Origin: Myxococcota bacterium
GTDB taxonomy: Bacteria > Myxococcota_A > SURF-8
DNA length: 64,000 bases
Assembly (NCBI GenBank): GCA_965140415.1
Contig: OZ223209.1
Coordinates: forward strand, 3,520,001-3,584,000
Direction of reading: 5' to 3'
A program made the translations under genes and the position numbers. Position 1 is the first letter of the stretch; the number at the start of each line of letters is the position of its first letter. Positions 39,963 through 50,941 of the stretch are shown piece after piece. The notes beneath the pieces were generated by a model that saw only the letters and a program-made list of their open reading frames with translations, was not told the origin of the DNA and did no database searches.

Positions 39963-40844
39963 CTACAGCACCAACGTAGCGAACAATTCGGACCGTTCAG
40001 CCTCTTTTTCAACATCTTCAAACAACTTGGGGGTATCCTTGATCTTCAATCCAAGATCATGCCAGGCGTTGACGTCCACCCCATTGGGAAGGTTTTCTTC
40101 AGAAAATTCCGAATCGCGGTTGTTGCACGTAAAGTAGGCCACATGTACAATCTGGGCAAAACGGCGATATTCGTCCGGTGCAGACTGCGGTTCAGGGAAA
40201 TATGTAACACTTTCCGAAACGACTGGTGGCAGATTCCAGCGTTTGAGCAATTCGCCACCGATCTCACCGTGATTGATACCGAACAGTTTATTCTCGATCT
40301 CGAACGGAGTTTTCCCCGTAGCCTCTACCTGTTCCTGAGTAAGCTTGTACAATTCATGCAGAAACTGCTCCATCAGGAAGAACCCAATATTACTTAACAA
40401 CCCGGCAGTATAAGCCGTTTCGTAATCGTCGTCTTTTGCTCCCTCAAACTTGGTGCCAAGATACTTTGCAGCCAAAGCCACCAACAGCGACTGCTTCCAG
40501 AACAGCCGGTGATTCAACGTGCTTTTGCGTCCTTCGAAAACGCGGGCAACACCGACCGACAAGCAAAGGCGATAGATTTCCGCAAAACCCAACCGGACAA
40601 CAGCTTGCCGAATCGAGGTAATTTCCTTGACCGTAGTTGCGAAATAGGCGGAATTGACGATTTTGAGGACGCGAGCGGAAAGAGTTGCATCATCTCGAAT
40701 CAAGGCAGATACTTTACCGACATCGGTATCGTCTTTTAACACCATACTCATGATTCGTAAAACGACATCCGGAATGGAAGGTAAATCCTGAATCGAGGCG
40801 ATTTTCCGTATAATGGCATCTCGCCGTGTGCTGAGGTCCGTCAT
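39963..40844 (-). CDS. HDOD domain protein
   Basis: LPSIP, LSARVLKIVNSAYF, AVVRLG, AYTAGLL and HGEIGGELLKRWNLP. Confidence 0.93.
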   Translation of the reverse strand: MTDLSTRRDAIIRKIASIQDLPSIPDVVLRIMSMVLKDDTDVGKVSALIRDDATLSARVLKIVNSAYFATTVKEITSIRQAVVRLGFAEIYRLCLSVGVARVFEGRKSTLNHRLFWKQSLLVALAAKYLGTKFEGAKDDDYETAYTAGLLSNIGFFLMEQFLHELYKLTQEQVEATGKTPFEIENKLFGINHGEIGGELLKRWNLPPVVSESVTYFPEPQSAPDEYRRFAQIVHVAYFTCNNRDSEFSEENLPNGVDVNAWHDLGLKIKDTPKLFEDVEKEAERSELFATLVL

Positions 40845-41041
40845 CCGACTTGCTCTCCTACTAAACGGGTTTCTCATCCATTATAAGTTGACTGTTGAAG
40901 CAGCACATCCCCACATGCTACAGCAGACGACCGGTAAACCGGTCAAGCTAACGATTGCTCGGGGCGACTATACCACATCGGCGGAAAAACTCAATTAATT
41001 CCACAATGAAAAGTCTTGAATTTTTTGTAGTGGAGGTCGGT

Positions 41042-42292
41042 TTAGAACAGATTTCTGGCGAACTGAATTCCCTCTACCAGTTCATCGACATCGGATTGTT
41101 CCGAATAGATCCCAAAAGAAGCGCGCACGGAGGAATCCAATCCCAAACGTTTATGCAAAGGTTGCGCACATTGATGTCCTGCCCTCACCGCAATTCCCTG
41201 CTCGCTAAGCATCAACGCCAGATCATACGCCTGCACCCGCCGATCGACAAAGGCAATCAATCCTCCGCGCTCCCGCGCGTTTCTCGGTCCCAAAATGTCT
41301 AATTCTGGCAGGGTCTGCAACCGACTCAAGGCATACTCCGTCAATTGGATTTCGTGACTTCGAATCGCTTTCATACCAATTTCTTCAATGAGATCCAATG
41401 CAGGAGGGAACGTAACCGCAGCCGCCACATTGGGCGTTCCCGCTTCGAAACGCATGGGAACCGGTGCAAAGGTCACGTTTTCAAAGGTCACTTCGTCGAT
41501 CATCTGGCCACCGCCTTCGAATGGATGCATCTCTTCAAGCACATCCAGATGACCAATCAAGAATCCCAAACCAGTCGGTCCGTACATCTTGTGCGCAGAG
41601 AAAACCAGCAGATCTGCTCCGATATCTTGCATATCAAGTGGCAGGTGCCCCACCGCCTGTGCCGCATCGACCACAAACAGCGCGCCAACTGCGTGCGCAG
41701 CTTCAGCCAACTGCTTTAAAGGATTGATCGTGCCCAGTACGTTTGACACCGCCGTCACGGACACAATTCTTGTTTTCTTTGAAAGATATTCAGGCAAGCG
41801 ATCCAGATCCAGAAAACCGGTTTCCGTGATTGGCAACACACGGATCTTGATGCCTTTGCGCTTGGCCAGTTCCACCCAGGGAACGATATTAGCGTGATGC
41901 TCCATTTCGGTGAGCAGGATTTCATCTCCGGCTTGCAGACGATGCTCGAATCCCGCCGCAACCATGTTTAATGCATGCGTGGCGTTGCGAGTAATCACAA
42001 CGGATTCCGGCGAACCGGCATTGACGAATTCCGCCACTCGCGACCGGCACCCTTCGTATAGTGAGGTCGCCTGTTCGGACAACCGATAAATGCCACGATG
42101 AGGAGAAGAATTATACTGTTCATAAAACAGCCTGGTCGCCCCGATGACCGACTCCGGCTTCTGAGCCGTCGCCGCGGTATCCAGATACACCAACGGTCGT
42201 TCATTCATTTCATTTTTCAGTGCAGGAAACCGCTCTCTAATTCGTGGCGTTCCCGCTCTCAGTTCATCGTATAGCAAGTATGGTTCCGACAT
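41042..42292 (-). CDS. sufS: Cysteine desulfurase SufS
   Basis: VYLDTAAT, EHHAN, SAHKMYGP, FEAGT and RAGHQCA. Confidence 0.95.
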   Translation of the reverse strand: MSEPYLLYDELRAGTPRIRERFPALKNEMNERPLVYLDTAATAQKPESVIGATRLFYEQYNSSPHRGIYRLSEQATSLYEGCRSRVAEFVNAGSPESVVITRNATHALNMVAAGFEHRLQAGDEILLTEMEHHANIVPWVELAKRKGIKIRVLPITETGFLDLDRLPEYLSKKTRIVSVTAVSNVLGTINPLKQLAEAAHAVGALFVVDAAQAVGHLPLDMQDIGADLLVFSAHKMYGPTGLGFLIGHLDVLEEMHPFEGGGQMIDEVTFENVTFAPVPMRFEAGTPNVAAAVTFPPALDLIEEIGMKAIRSHEIQLTEYALSRLQTLPELDILGPRNARERGGLIAFVDRRVQAYDLALMLSEQGIAVRAGHQCAQPLHKRLGLDSSVRASFGIYSEQSDVDELVEGIQFARNLF

Positions 42293-42330
42293 CGTATACA
42301 CCTTTCATTACGTCGCTCCGTAGTGCAGCA

Positions 42331-43602
42331 TTAAGCAGCATACGGTTTCTCTCCAACCAATCCTTGCAAACGCTTGGAAACGGAATCTTCCAGGTAGCTT
42401 TTAAAGTGTTCAGGCAAACGGTCCAGGATCTTGTCGAAAAAACCACGGACGATCAGATTTTCCGCCTGCCGTTCATTCAAGCCTCTACTCTTCAGGTAAA
42501 AGAGCTGCTCATCGTCAATCGGACTTACAGTCGCGCCGTGTGTGCAGCGAACATCCTCCGTCAAGATCTCCAACTCCGGGATCGTATCCGCCCGGCTTTG
42601 CCTGGAGAGCAACAGGTTCCGGTTTTCCTGGTAGGCTTCGCTGGCACCGGCGTTGTCATCGATGCGAATCAGACCGGTATAAGCCGACTGCGCCTTGCCG
42701 TTCAGCGCCACTCTGAAATCAAGATTCGACCAGGTATGCTGCGCCTGGTGCAAATGAACGGTGTGCTGATCCAGACTGCGGCTTTCCGCTCCAAGACCCA
42801 AGCCGATCATCTCACTGCGTGCGCCTTCACCCTGCAAAACGGAACCGAGATCCGACTTCGTTCGTCCTCCACCCAATGAAGCCAGCGCTGTGAACACATC
42901 GGAATCGCGTTTCTGGTTAATTCGCAAGGTTCGATGCGCCCGGACGCCATCGTTCCAGTTTTCATGAACGAGGTAACGCAGACGACTATTGGGCCCCACA
43001 AAGGCTTCGCTCACACCAAGCAACAGCGCCCCCTCTTTTCCTCCTGAATACGACTCGATCACGGTGGCTTCCGCATCGGCTTCAAGCAGAATCAGAATTC
43101 GTGGGATTTGTAGCGACAGCCCCAAGTGCGACTCAATCACGATCGGTTCGGTCAACGTCACACCAGCCGGAACGTGCAACACAACGGAGCTGTCAAACGC
43201 CGCGGCATTGATCAGTTCGAAAATACCGTGTTCGGCAGGAACGGCTTTACCAAGAAAATCCAAAACCCCCGGTGTTTTTGCAAATGGCAGCAGCCGTACA
43301 CCGGCGTGGAGTGCATCGGGGCTTAAACGTACCACCGGTGCACTACCAGAGACCAATTGAGCACCGCTATTCGCCTTGGTATTCCAGCCCACTTTGGAAG
43401 ACTCACCAAACACTTTGGAAAGCTCAAAACCGGAAAGGAACACCTCAGGGTCCGTATACTTCCACAAATGCTGTACTCGATCCGGTGGTGGCACATCAGC
43501 AACTAATCGTAGTGCTTGCTGCCTGAAACTCAGTAACTCCTCTGACTCGCCAAGCCGCTTGCTCAGATCCTTGATTTCACGTTCAGAAAGCTTCGGGTAC
43601 AT
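42331..43602 (-). CDS. sufD: Fe-S cluster assembly protein SufD
   Basis: NRNLLLS, PELEI, CTHGAT and LFYLKSRG. Confidence 0.93.
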   Translation of the reverse strand: MYPKLSEREIKDLSKRLGESEELLSFRQQALRLVADVPPPDRVQHLWKYTDPEVFLSGFELSKVFGESSKVGWNTKANSGAQLVSGSAPVVRLSPDALHAGVRLLPFAKTPGVLDFLGKAVPAEHGIFELINAAAFDSSVVLHVPAGVTLTEPIVIESHLGLSLQIPRILILLEADAEATVIESYSGGKEGALLLGVSEAFVGPNSRLRYLVHENWNDGVRAHRTLRINQKRDSDVFTALASLGGGRTKSDLGSVLQGEGARSEMIGLGLGAESRSLDQHTVHLHQAQHTWSNLDFRVALNGKAQSAYTGLIRIDDNAGASEAYQENRNLLLSRQSRADTIPELEILTEDVRCTHGATVSPIDDEQLFYLKSRGLNERQAENLIVRGFFDKILDRLPEHFKSYLEDSVSKRLQGLVGEKPYAA

Positions 43603-43623
43603 GTTCTTTCGCCTTTATTTTCG

Positions 43624-45048
43624 CTACCCGACCGAACCTTCCATTTCCAGTTCGATCAGACGGTTCAATTCCACAGCATATTCCATCGGCAGTTCCCGAA
43701 CGAACGGCTCGATGAAACCATTGACGATCATCAGCCGTGCCTGTTCCAGGTCGATGCCACGGCTTTGCAGGTAGAACAACTGGTCATCGGCCAGTTTGGA
43801 CACCCGCGCCTCATGCTCGACACTCACACCATCCTCTTCCGCAATCTCCATTGTCGGATAGGTGTCTGAGCGACTCGCTTCACCGATCAGCAGCGCATCG
43901 CATTCCACATGGGTCTTGCTGTTCACTGCTCCCTTGAGCACCTTGACCAGACCTCGATACGAAGAGCGCCCCTCGCCGTTGGAGATCGATTTCGAAATAA
44001 TCCGAGAAGTTGTATTGGGAGCGACGTGAATCATCTTCGCACCCGCATCCTGGTGCTGCTCACTTCCGGCCCACGCGATGGACAACACTTCACCGTGCGC
44101 CCGTTCTCCCTTCAAAATCACGCAGGGATACTTCATGGTCAGCTTGGAACCGATGTTGCCGTCCACCCATTCGATGACGGCATCTTCGTGCGCCACGGCC
44201 CGCTTGGTTACAAGATTGTAAACATTGGTGGACCAATTCTGAATAGTGGTGTAACGAATGTGCGCACCCTTCATCGCCACCAGCTCGACCACCGCCGAAT
44301 GCAGGGAATCCGTGGAATACACAGGCGCGGTACAGCCTTCGATATAATGAACGCTGGAACCTTCATCGGCGATAATCAACGTCCGCTCGAATTGACCCAT
44401 GTTTTTGGCATTGATGCGAAAATACGCCTGAAGTGGAATGTCCACCTTCACGTTGGGCGGCACGTAAATGAACGACCCGCCGGACCAGACGGAAGAATTC
44501 AGCGCCGCGAATTTATTGTCGGTAGGCGGAATGACACTGGCGAAATATTTACGGACAATCTCAGGATGCTCTCGCAGCCCGGTATCCATATCCGTGAAAA
44601 TCACGCCCTTTTCTTCCAACTCCTCGATTACGCTATGATAAACGACCTCCGATTCGTACTGGGCGGTAACTCCTGCAAGAAACTTCCGTTCCGCTTCAGG
44701 AACCCCTAAGCGCTCAAAGGTATCCTTGATGTCGCTTGGAACATCATCCCAATTTCGCCCCTGATTTTCGGTCGGCTTGATGTAATAGAAAATGTTGTCA
44801 AAATCGATACTTCCAAGCAACTCCTGGTTTCCCCAGCGAGGCATGGGCTTGGCCAGAAAAGAATCCAGCGCCTCATGCCGAAAGCTCCGCATCCATTCCG
44901 GCTCACCCTTATGGCGAGAGATCATTTCCACGACTTCATGATTGATGCCGCGCTCACTCCTTAAGAAATACTCTTCCGGGCTATTGAAACCGTATTTTTC
45001 CAGGTAATTCCGGTTGAGATCGGAAATGCTGTTGTCACGAGCTTCCAT
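43624..45048 (-). CDS. sufB: Fe-S cluster assembly protein SufB
   Basis: [22 protein letters not shown] and YIEGCTAP. Confidence 0.97.
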   Translation of the reverse strand: MEARDNSISDLNRNYLEKYGFNSPEEYFLRSERGINHEVVEMISRHKGEPEWMRSFRHEALDSFLAKPMPRWGNQELLGSIDFDNIFYYIKPTENQGRNWDDVPSDIKDTFERLGVPEAERKFLAGVTAQYESEVVYHSVIEELEEKGVIFTDMDTGLREHPEIVRKYFASVIPPTDNKFAALNSSVWSGGSFIYVPPNVKVDIPLQAYFRINAKNMGQFERTLIIADEGSSVHYIEGCTAPVYSTDSLHSAVVELVAMKGAHIRYTTIQNWSTNVYNLVTKRAVAHEDAVIEWVDGNIGSKLTMKYPCVILKGERAHGEVLSIAWAGSEQHQDAGAKMIHVAPNTTSRIISKSISNGEGRSSYRGLVKVLKGAVNSKTHVECDALLIGEASRSDTYPTMEIAEEDGVSVEHEARVSKLADDQLFYLQSRGIDLEQARLMIVNGFIEPFVRELPMEYAVELNRLIELEMEGSVG

Positions 45049-45050
45049 AA

Positions 45051-45821
45051 CTACCTCCCTGCGGCAACACCTTGCTGATGATTAAGCCAGTCGTAGCCAC
45101 GCTCTTCCAGTTCAAGCGCCAACTCCGGTCCGCCACTACGGGCAATGCGCCCATCTTTGAAGACATGCACCACGTCAGGCTTGATGTAATTGAGCATTCT
45201 CTGATAATGCGTCACCAGAAGCACCGAAGCGCCCTCGGAAACCGCCCGATTCACGCCCGTTGAAACCACCTTCAACGCATCGATATCCAAGCCGGAATCC
45301 GTTTCATCCAGCAGCGCGAAGCTCGGATTCAGCATTCTCATCTGAAGAATCTCCAGCCGCTTCTTCTCGCCACCACTGAATCCGTCATTCAAGTAGCGTG
45401 TAGCGAACTCCTTTGGAATTCCAAGCTCTTCTCGAACGGAATGGAAAGATCTGTAAAAATCTTTCAAGCTGACATCGTGCCCCAACCTTGCTGACACCGC
45501 CGTCCGAAGAAAGCTGTCCACAGTGACGCCCGGAATGGCGACCGGATACTGAAACCCTAAAAACAAGCCAAGCCGGGCACGCTCATCCGCCTGTAACTCC
45601 AGCAGCTCCGACCCCTTGAGTTTGGCCTGGCCGCTGACTTCATAAGACGGATGCCCCATCAGCGCCGCTGCCATGGTTGATTTTCCAGACCCGTTCGGCC
45701 CCATCAACGCATGCACTTCTCCCTTATTTATCGTAAGATCCACGCCCTTCACAATCTCCTTGCCATCCACTGACACGTGAAGATTTCTGCATGAAAATAC
45801 TGTTTCCGCACTCGTTGCCAT
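45051..45821 (-). CDS. sufC: Fe-S cluster assembly ATPase SufC
   Basis: [26 protein letters not shown] and VTHYQR. Confidence 0.97.
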   Translation of the reverse strand: MATSAETVFSCRNLHVSVDGKEIVKGVDLTINKGEVHALMGPNGSGKSTMAAALMGHPSYEVSGQAKLKGSELLELQADERARLGLFLGFQYPVAIPGVTVDSFLRTAVSARLGHDVSLKDFYRSFHSVREELGIPKEFATRYLNDGFSGGEKKRLEILQMRMLNPSFALLDETDSGLDIDALKVVSTGVNRAVSEGASVLLVTHYQRMLNYIKPDVVHVFKDGRIARSGGPELALELEERGYDWLNHQQGVAAGR

Positions 45822-46214
45822 GTTAAGGCTCCTTCGTTGCATTGTCATCGATGCTCTTCTGTCACCATTTTGGTGATCATTTGCTAGACAACTATTTCCA
45901 ACCTCTTATTCCAAGAAGTTATTTAATATTGTTTTGCATTTCAGTAAAACAGCGACATCGATTTTTTCATTGCATTTTCAATAAGATACAATAGTCATCG
46001 ACAACCAGACAAACGTCCATTCTGCATAGATATTTTTAGCGACAGCTTCGCTCTTATCGCCACGAGACGAAAAACAACCCCTAAACCCAACAAATGGCCA
46101 GGAATAAACCACCCGGCTCTTCAATCTAGCCCACACTCGGAACGGCTTTGTTATCCCGCTCTCATTCTTTCTAAAGAGTTCGGGTCAACGGCAATCCTGC
46201 CTAGAAAAAAAAGG

Positions 46215-48116
46215 ATGTACACCATGGAATTATTGCCGGATTTATTAATGAAACCCGAACCCTGGTCGGGTTTGATGCTTGGAAATCACGCGCTGGTGCG
46301 TGCCATGCTGGAAGCCGGGGTGAAAGTCGCCACCACCTACCCCGGCTCCCCTACCCCGGAAATCGCAGAAGCCATCGACTCGATTCCGACGAAAAAGCGT
46401 CCGTTTTACTTTGAGTATTCCACAAACGAGAAAGTAGCGGTGGAAGTTGCATTCGGCGCAGCGATGAACGGTCACCTTTCGACCGTCTTCTTCAAATCCG
46501 TGGGGTTGAACGTCGCCAGCGATTCCGCCGTACAACTTCCGCTGATGGAAATCCCCGGCGGCATGATCGTTGTTCTAGGTGACGATCCCGGCATCAACTC
46601 CTCGCAAAACGAGCAGGACAATCGCCATTTCGCCCGCATGGCCTATTATCCCGTGTTCGAACCGGCTTCACCACAGGATACCTACGATATGTACCTGCAA
46701 GCGGCGGAACTGGCCAAGCGCCATCACATGCCGGTTATCTTTCGCATGACGACTCACGTCTGCCATGCGCGCGAGCTTGTCCAGTTCGGCAAATTGCCTG
46801 AAAGCGACTACGACTGGACACCCCGCTTCGATGTCGCGAACGGCGGTCCCTTCGTGCCGATCACCTCGGCAGTCGTGCCAATGAAGCAACGCGCATTAAA
46901 AAAGTTTTCAGCGGTGGCTGAAGAAGCGGAGACGATTGCCTGTAACGGGATCGAATCGCCCAACGGCTCAGCTACCGTTGGCGGTAAGCGATTAGGCATT
47001 ATCGTTTCTTCCATGCCCATATTGGCGCTACGGGAAAACCTGGAGGAATCCGGCCTGCCGGTCGATGTGTTACGCCTGGGATTAAGCTTCCCGCTACCTC
47101 AAAATACCCTACGAAACTTCCTGAACGACCACGACGAAGTCCTGATCATAGAGGAACTCGATCGGATTCACGAACTGGAAATCAAGAGCTTCGCTTATGA
47201 CATCGGTTCTTCCTGTAAAATCCTCGCCAAAGCGGATACTTATCTGGGAGGAGAACTGGGACCGGAACAGACATGGGAAATTCTGCGCCAGAACTGGCCG
47301 GAGCATTTCAAAGCCCACAGCAAAATCGTTCCCGCAGAAAAAGCCATTCCCCGCACACCGACATTTTGTCCTGGCTGCGGGCACCGTGCCGCGTTCTATG
47401 CCGTTTCGCAAGTATTGGAAAAAGACACCATCACCGTTGCCGATATCGGCTGTCATACCATGGGAGCATTCGAACCTTACAATATCGGCCAGATTTTACT
47501 GAGTATGGGGCACAGCAACGGCACGGCAGCGGGAATGAGCATCGGAAATGACTCTCGAAAAATCATCAGTTTCATCGGCGACAGCACGTTCTTTCATGCC
47601 GGTCTACCAGCGATCGTCAACGCCATCGTTTATGATCATGACTTCACTCTGGTTGTAATGGAAAATGGCACGACCGCCATGACTGGACAGCAACCTCATC
47701 CGGGTTCAGGCGAACTGTCCGAAGCAATCGACATCGAATCGGTATTGAAAACCCTGGGAGCGAAGTTCGTCCGTAAAACAGGCGCATACGGTCATGAGAA
47801 ACTGGTTCAGGCTTTAAAAGAAGCAATGGATCACAAAGGATTTTCGGTTGTCATTGCTTCACACCCCTGCATGTTAAAATTCACTCGCGAATTAAAGAAA
47901 AAGAAAAAAAGCAATCCGCTGATCATGACGGTCGATAAATCCGCCCCAAAGCAGGACCATGAGCAGGCAGTCGTCTTTGATTGCCCTTCTTTCGTTCGTG
48001 GAAAGGATGGCACCATTAGCATTCACAAGGATTTGTGTATCGGTGACGGTTCCTGTCGTCCCGCCGGTCCCAAAGGTCTGTTGAACCTGGTGAAACGTCA
48101 GGAGGTGGCGAAGTGA
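46215..48116 (+). CDS. iorA: Indolepyruvate:ferredoxin oxidoreductase alpha subunit
   Basis: YPGSP, NEKVA, GLNVASD, SSQNEQD, FCPGCGHR, DIGC, IGDSTFFH and NGTTAMTG. Confidence 0.93.
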   Translation: MYTMELLPDLLMKPEPWSGLMLGNHALVRAMLEAGVKVATTYPGSPTPEIAEAIDSIPTKKRPFYFEYSTNEKVAVEVAFGAAMNGHLSTVFFKSVGLNVASDSAVQLPLMEIPGGMIVVLGDDPGINSSQNEQDNRHFARMAYYPVFEPASPQDTYDMYLQAAELAKRHHMPVIFRMTTHVCHARELVQFGKLPESDYDWTPRFDVANGGPFVPITSAVVPMKQRALKKFSAVAEEAETIACNGIESPNGSATVGGKRLGIIVSSMPILALRENLEESGLPVDVLRLGLSFPLPQNTLRNFLNDHDEVLIIEELDRIHELEIKSFAYDIGSSCKILAKADTYLGGELGPEQTWEILRQNWPEHFKAHSKIVPAEKAIPRTPTFCPGCGHRAAFYAVSQVLEKDTITVADIGCHTMGAFEPYNIGQILLSMGHSNGTAAGMSIGNDSRKIISFIGDSTFFHAGLPAIVNAIVYDHDFTLVVMENGTTAMTGQQPHPGSGELSEAIDIESVLKTLGAKFVRKTGAYGHEKLVQALKEAMDHKGFSVVIASHPCMLKFTRELKKKKKSNPLIMTVDKSAPKQDHEQAVVFDCPSFVRGKDGTISIHKDLCIGDGSCRPAGPKGLLNLVKRQEVAK

Positions 48117-48691
48117 AAACGATGAATATCTATCTGTGCGGCGTTGGCGGCCAGGGAATCGCCCTGCTATCGGAAGTCATGATGCGCGCCTGCCAGTCGG
48201 CGGGTTACGACGTAAAAGGCGTTGAAACCCACGGTCTTGCGCAACGCGGCGGCATCGTGGTTTCCCACCTTCGCATCGGAGAAAAAGTACACCACCCGAT
48301 GATTCCACAAGGGCAAGCGGATCTGGTTATTTCTCTTGAACGCCTGGAAGGGCTGCGGGGCGCTTCCGAATGGCTCAAACCGGGAGGCACCGTAGTATAT
48401 TACGACAGTGTTTATCAACCTACGAAGGTTCGTCAGGGACTGGAAGAATATCCGGAAACCGAGCAATTGCAGAAAGTCATACAACAACGAGAAGGTCAGT
48501 TGCAACGGGTACATGTAAAGGATCTACCCGACGCCCGCATGCAAAATGTGGCCTTGCTTGGCCGAGTGGCAAGTCTTGGACTGGTGGAAAAGCTCACCCC
48601 GGAGATCGTGACCGAAGTTTTAAAAAACGTTGTGCCATCACATGCAATGGAAATGAACCTACAGGTTTTCAAAAACGCAGCCCAAGCTTGA
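48113..48691 (+). CDS. iorB: Indolepyruvate oxidoreductase beta subunit
   Basis: GVGGQG, ETHGLAQRGG and SHLRIG; GTGA overlap with iorA. Confidence 0.93.
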   Translation: MKTMNIYLCGVGGQGIALLSEVMMRACQSAGYDVKGVETHGLAQRGGIVVSHLRIGEKVHHPMIPQGQADLVISLERLEGLRGASEWLKPGGTVVYYDSVYQPTKVRQGLEEYPETEQLQKVIQQREGQLQRVHVKDLPDARMQNVALLGRVASLGLVEKLTPEIVTEVLKNVVPSHAMEMNLQVFKNAAQA

Positions 48692-48853
48692 TTCGGAAGT
48701 ATAATCCGTGCTCTTGGATCACAGTTTTGAGTATTATATTTTCACTTGAAACGCGTTCCGGTCTCGCGTAGGATGAATTGTATATTTGCATCATCACAGA
48801 ACTGCAACAATGCAAGCCGTCCTTTATAACCGCGCCCATGAGGAGGTTCTGTC

Positions 48854-50941
48854 ATGGCCGACCGGTATGCGATCTGGGTAATGATCCTTTTTCTGCTGCT
48901 ATGTGCTTTTTCCTGTAGCGATTCTTCGGAGCAGCAAACTTCTTGCCAGAATGGAGACACACGCTGTGATGGCAGTTGGATCGAGGTTTGCGATCTTGGT
49001 CTATGGAGCAGCAGCATCAACTGCCAGGATACGGCAGAGCAGTGCGTAAACGGCCAGTGTCAGCCTGTCGATGGAGACTCGGAGGAAGAAATCCCTGTAG
49101 ATGGGGATGAAGACCAGCCTGGTTCGGATACGGATCAGCCCTCGGACGGCGACCAATCCGCCGATGGCGACCTGTCCGTAGACGGCGATCTTCCGGTAGA
49201 CGGCGACCTGCCTGTAGATGGCGATTCACCGGCAGATGGCGATGGCGAGCAGAGCGAAGCGGAAAACGATACGCCTTCAGATGGCGATCTCATCCCGGAT
49301 GGAGACGTCACTCCCGATGGCGATCTTCAGCCAGGAGATATCGACTGCCCGGATCGGGGGATCATCGACTACAGTTGCGATATGAGCGATCCCTCCACCT
49401 GCCCGGATGGCTATTGCCTGCTGGGACTGTGCATCGGTCCGCAGATCGATCAGAATCGCTGGTCGGACTGTGGCGATCATCTCTGTGGCCCCTGCGAAAC
49501 AGCGCAGGAATGTCCGGCGGATTGCGGACAAGCGCCGGTAATGACCGGCCAAAAGGAATATGACAACGACACCACCCTGACCGTGTGGGTACACGGCTTC
49601 TACAATAAAAGCGCAGATGAAATCGAACAGGAAGTCTACGGGCGCGAGCGCGGCTGCGGTGGTTTGCTGGAAGACATGAAAGCCTTCGGCGTAACCAATC
49701 CCTGCGGTGACACCCCGGAAGGGCTGAATGCGCCCAACCAGATGATCAAGGTGGAATACTACGGAGGACAACCTGCCGACTGGATGACACCAGCCGATAT
49801 TGCAGAAGTGGAACAGTATTCCTATCAAGGGGAAACAGCGCTATTCCGCTACGCTACGATCCTGGCCAAATTCATTCGCCACAAGTTAAACCAGACCGGC
49901 GCCACCCACGTCAATATCTCCTGTCATTCCATGGGCTGCCTAGTCACTCGCACCATGATCGAAGGCAATTACGAAAACCTGGCGGCGGAAAACCGCTTCG
50001 TGCGCTGGGTAACCAGCGCGGCAGTCATTGCGGGAGCACGTTTGGCGCGCTTGTACGACAACCCGACCGTTCGCGATACTGCCACATTGATCGGCCTGGA
50101 ATTAAGCGATTTCGTCGTGATGAACCCGGACTTCGTAATGGATCACGTCGCCATATGGGATCACCAGTTGCAAACCACCACCAATCCCCTTTTCGGCGGC
50201 ATGATCATTCATCATAAGGGATCGACAGATCCGCGCATTCAGGAAGCGTTGAACATTCAATTGCTCGACTTGGACAATCCCGGCGACGAACCCAACGACG
50301 GCATCATGTACACGCTGGACGAATTCTTCCATTCCATGGGACCACAAGCGGGTTTCGTCACCCCGGCTGGGGCCTTCTTGAATCCCACCCGCTCATACGT
50401 ATACGTCGATCACATGACCCTGCCCGATACCCAGGCATTCGTCGTGACCGCTACGGCAGGTTTGTTCCATCGCCGCAGCGTTTCGATTCGCCTGAAGGAA
50501 TTCGCCCTGGCCAACGACCGTGAAAGCCACTCCCTGTTCGACGGCGAAAACGGAAGCGCCCCGGCGGATATCACGCTTGAAACTCAAGTCCGCTACAACC
50601 CCTATGTACTTGATACGTTTTCAAAAGATATCCTGATTCACCATGATTCCGTGGAATATCGATCATCGGAGTTGTTCCCGCAAGAAGCAGGGACGACCTT
50701 GAATCCGGATTATATTATCTTCGAAGGTCCGGTCTTCGACGACATGACCGATCTGCGGCTTGACGTGAAAATTCTAGAGGCAGACTGGTACAGGCGTTTT
50801 CGCGTATTGGAATGGGCGGCGGATATTCATGAAGAATTGATGAGCTTCCACGGACAGGTGGAATTGAACGATCATGAATTCGTCATTCAAAACGAGTACG
50901 GTCGGGCGACCATTGAAGTCAAGGTTCACACGTTATACTGA
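48854..50941 (+). CDS. Lipoprotein: Cys-rich module, DGD linker, alpha/beta-hydrolase-like domain
   Basis: AFS-C lipobox, AGGAGG RBS, about 12 DGD motifs, VWVHG, CHSMG and NDG. Confidence 0.78.
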   Translation: MADRYAIWVMILFLLLCAFSCSDSSEQQTSCQNGDTRCDGSWIEVCDLGLWSSSINCQDTAEQCVNGQCQPVDGDSEEEIPVDGDEDQPGSDTDQPSDGDQSADGDLSVDGDLPVDGDLPVDGDSPADGDGEQSEAENDTPSDGDLIPDGDVTPDGDLQPGDIDCPDRGIIDYSCDMSDPSTCPDGYCLLGLCIGPQIDQNRWSDCGDHLCGPCETAQECPADCGQAPVMTGQKEYDNDTTLTVWVHGFYNKSADEIEQEVYGRERGCGGLLEDMKAFGVTNPCGDTPEGLNAPNQMIKVEYYGGQPADWMTPADIAEVEQYSYQGETALFRYATILAKFIRHKLNQTGATHVNISCHSMGCLVTRTMIEGNYENLAAENRFVRWVTSAAVIAGARLARLYDNPTVRDTATLIGLELSDFVVMNPDFVMDHVAIWDHQLQTTTNPLFGGMIIHHKGSTDPRIQEALNIQLLDLDNPGDEPNDGIMYTLDEFFHSMGPQAGFVTPAGAFLNPTRSYVYVDHMTLPDTQAFVVTATAGLFHRRSVSIRLKEFALANDRESHSLFDGENGSAPADITLETQVRYNPYVLDTFSKDILIHHDSVEYRSSELFPQEAGTTLNPDYIIFEGPVFDDMTDLRLDVKILEADWYRRFRVLEWAADIHEELMSFHGQVELNDHEFVIQNEYGRATIEVKVHTLY

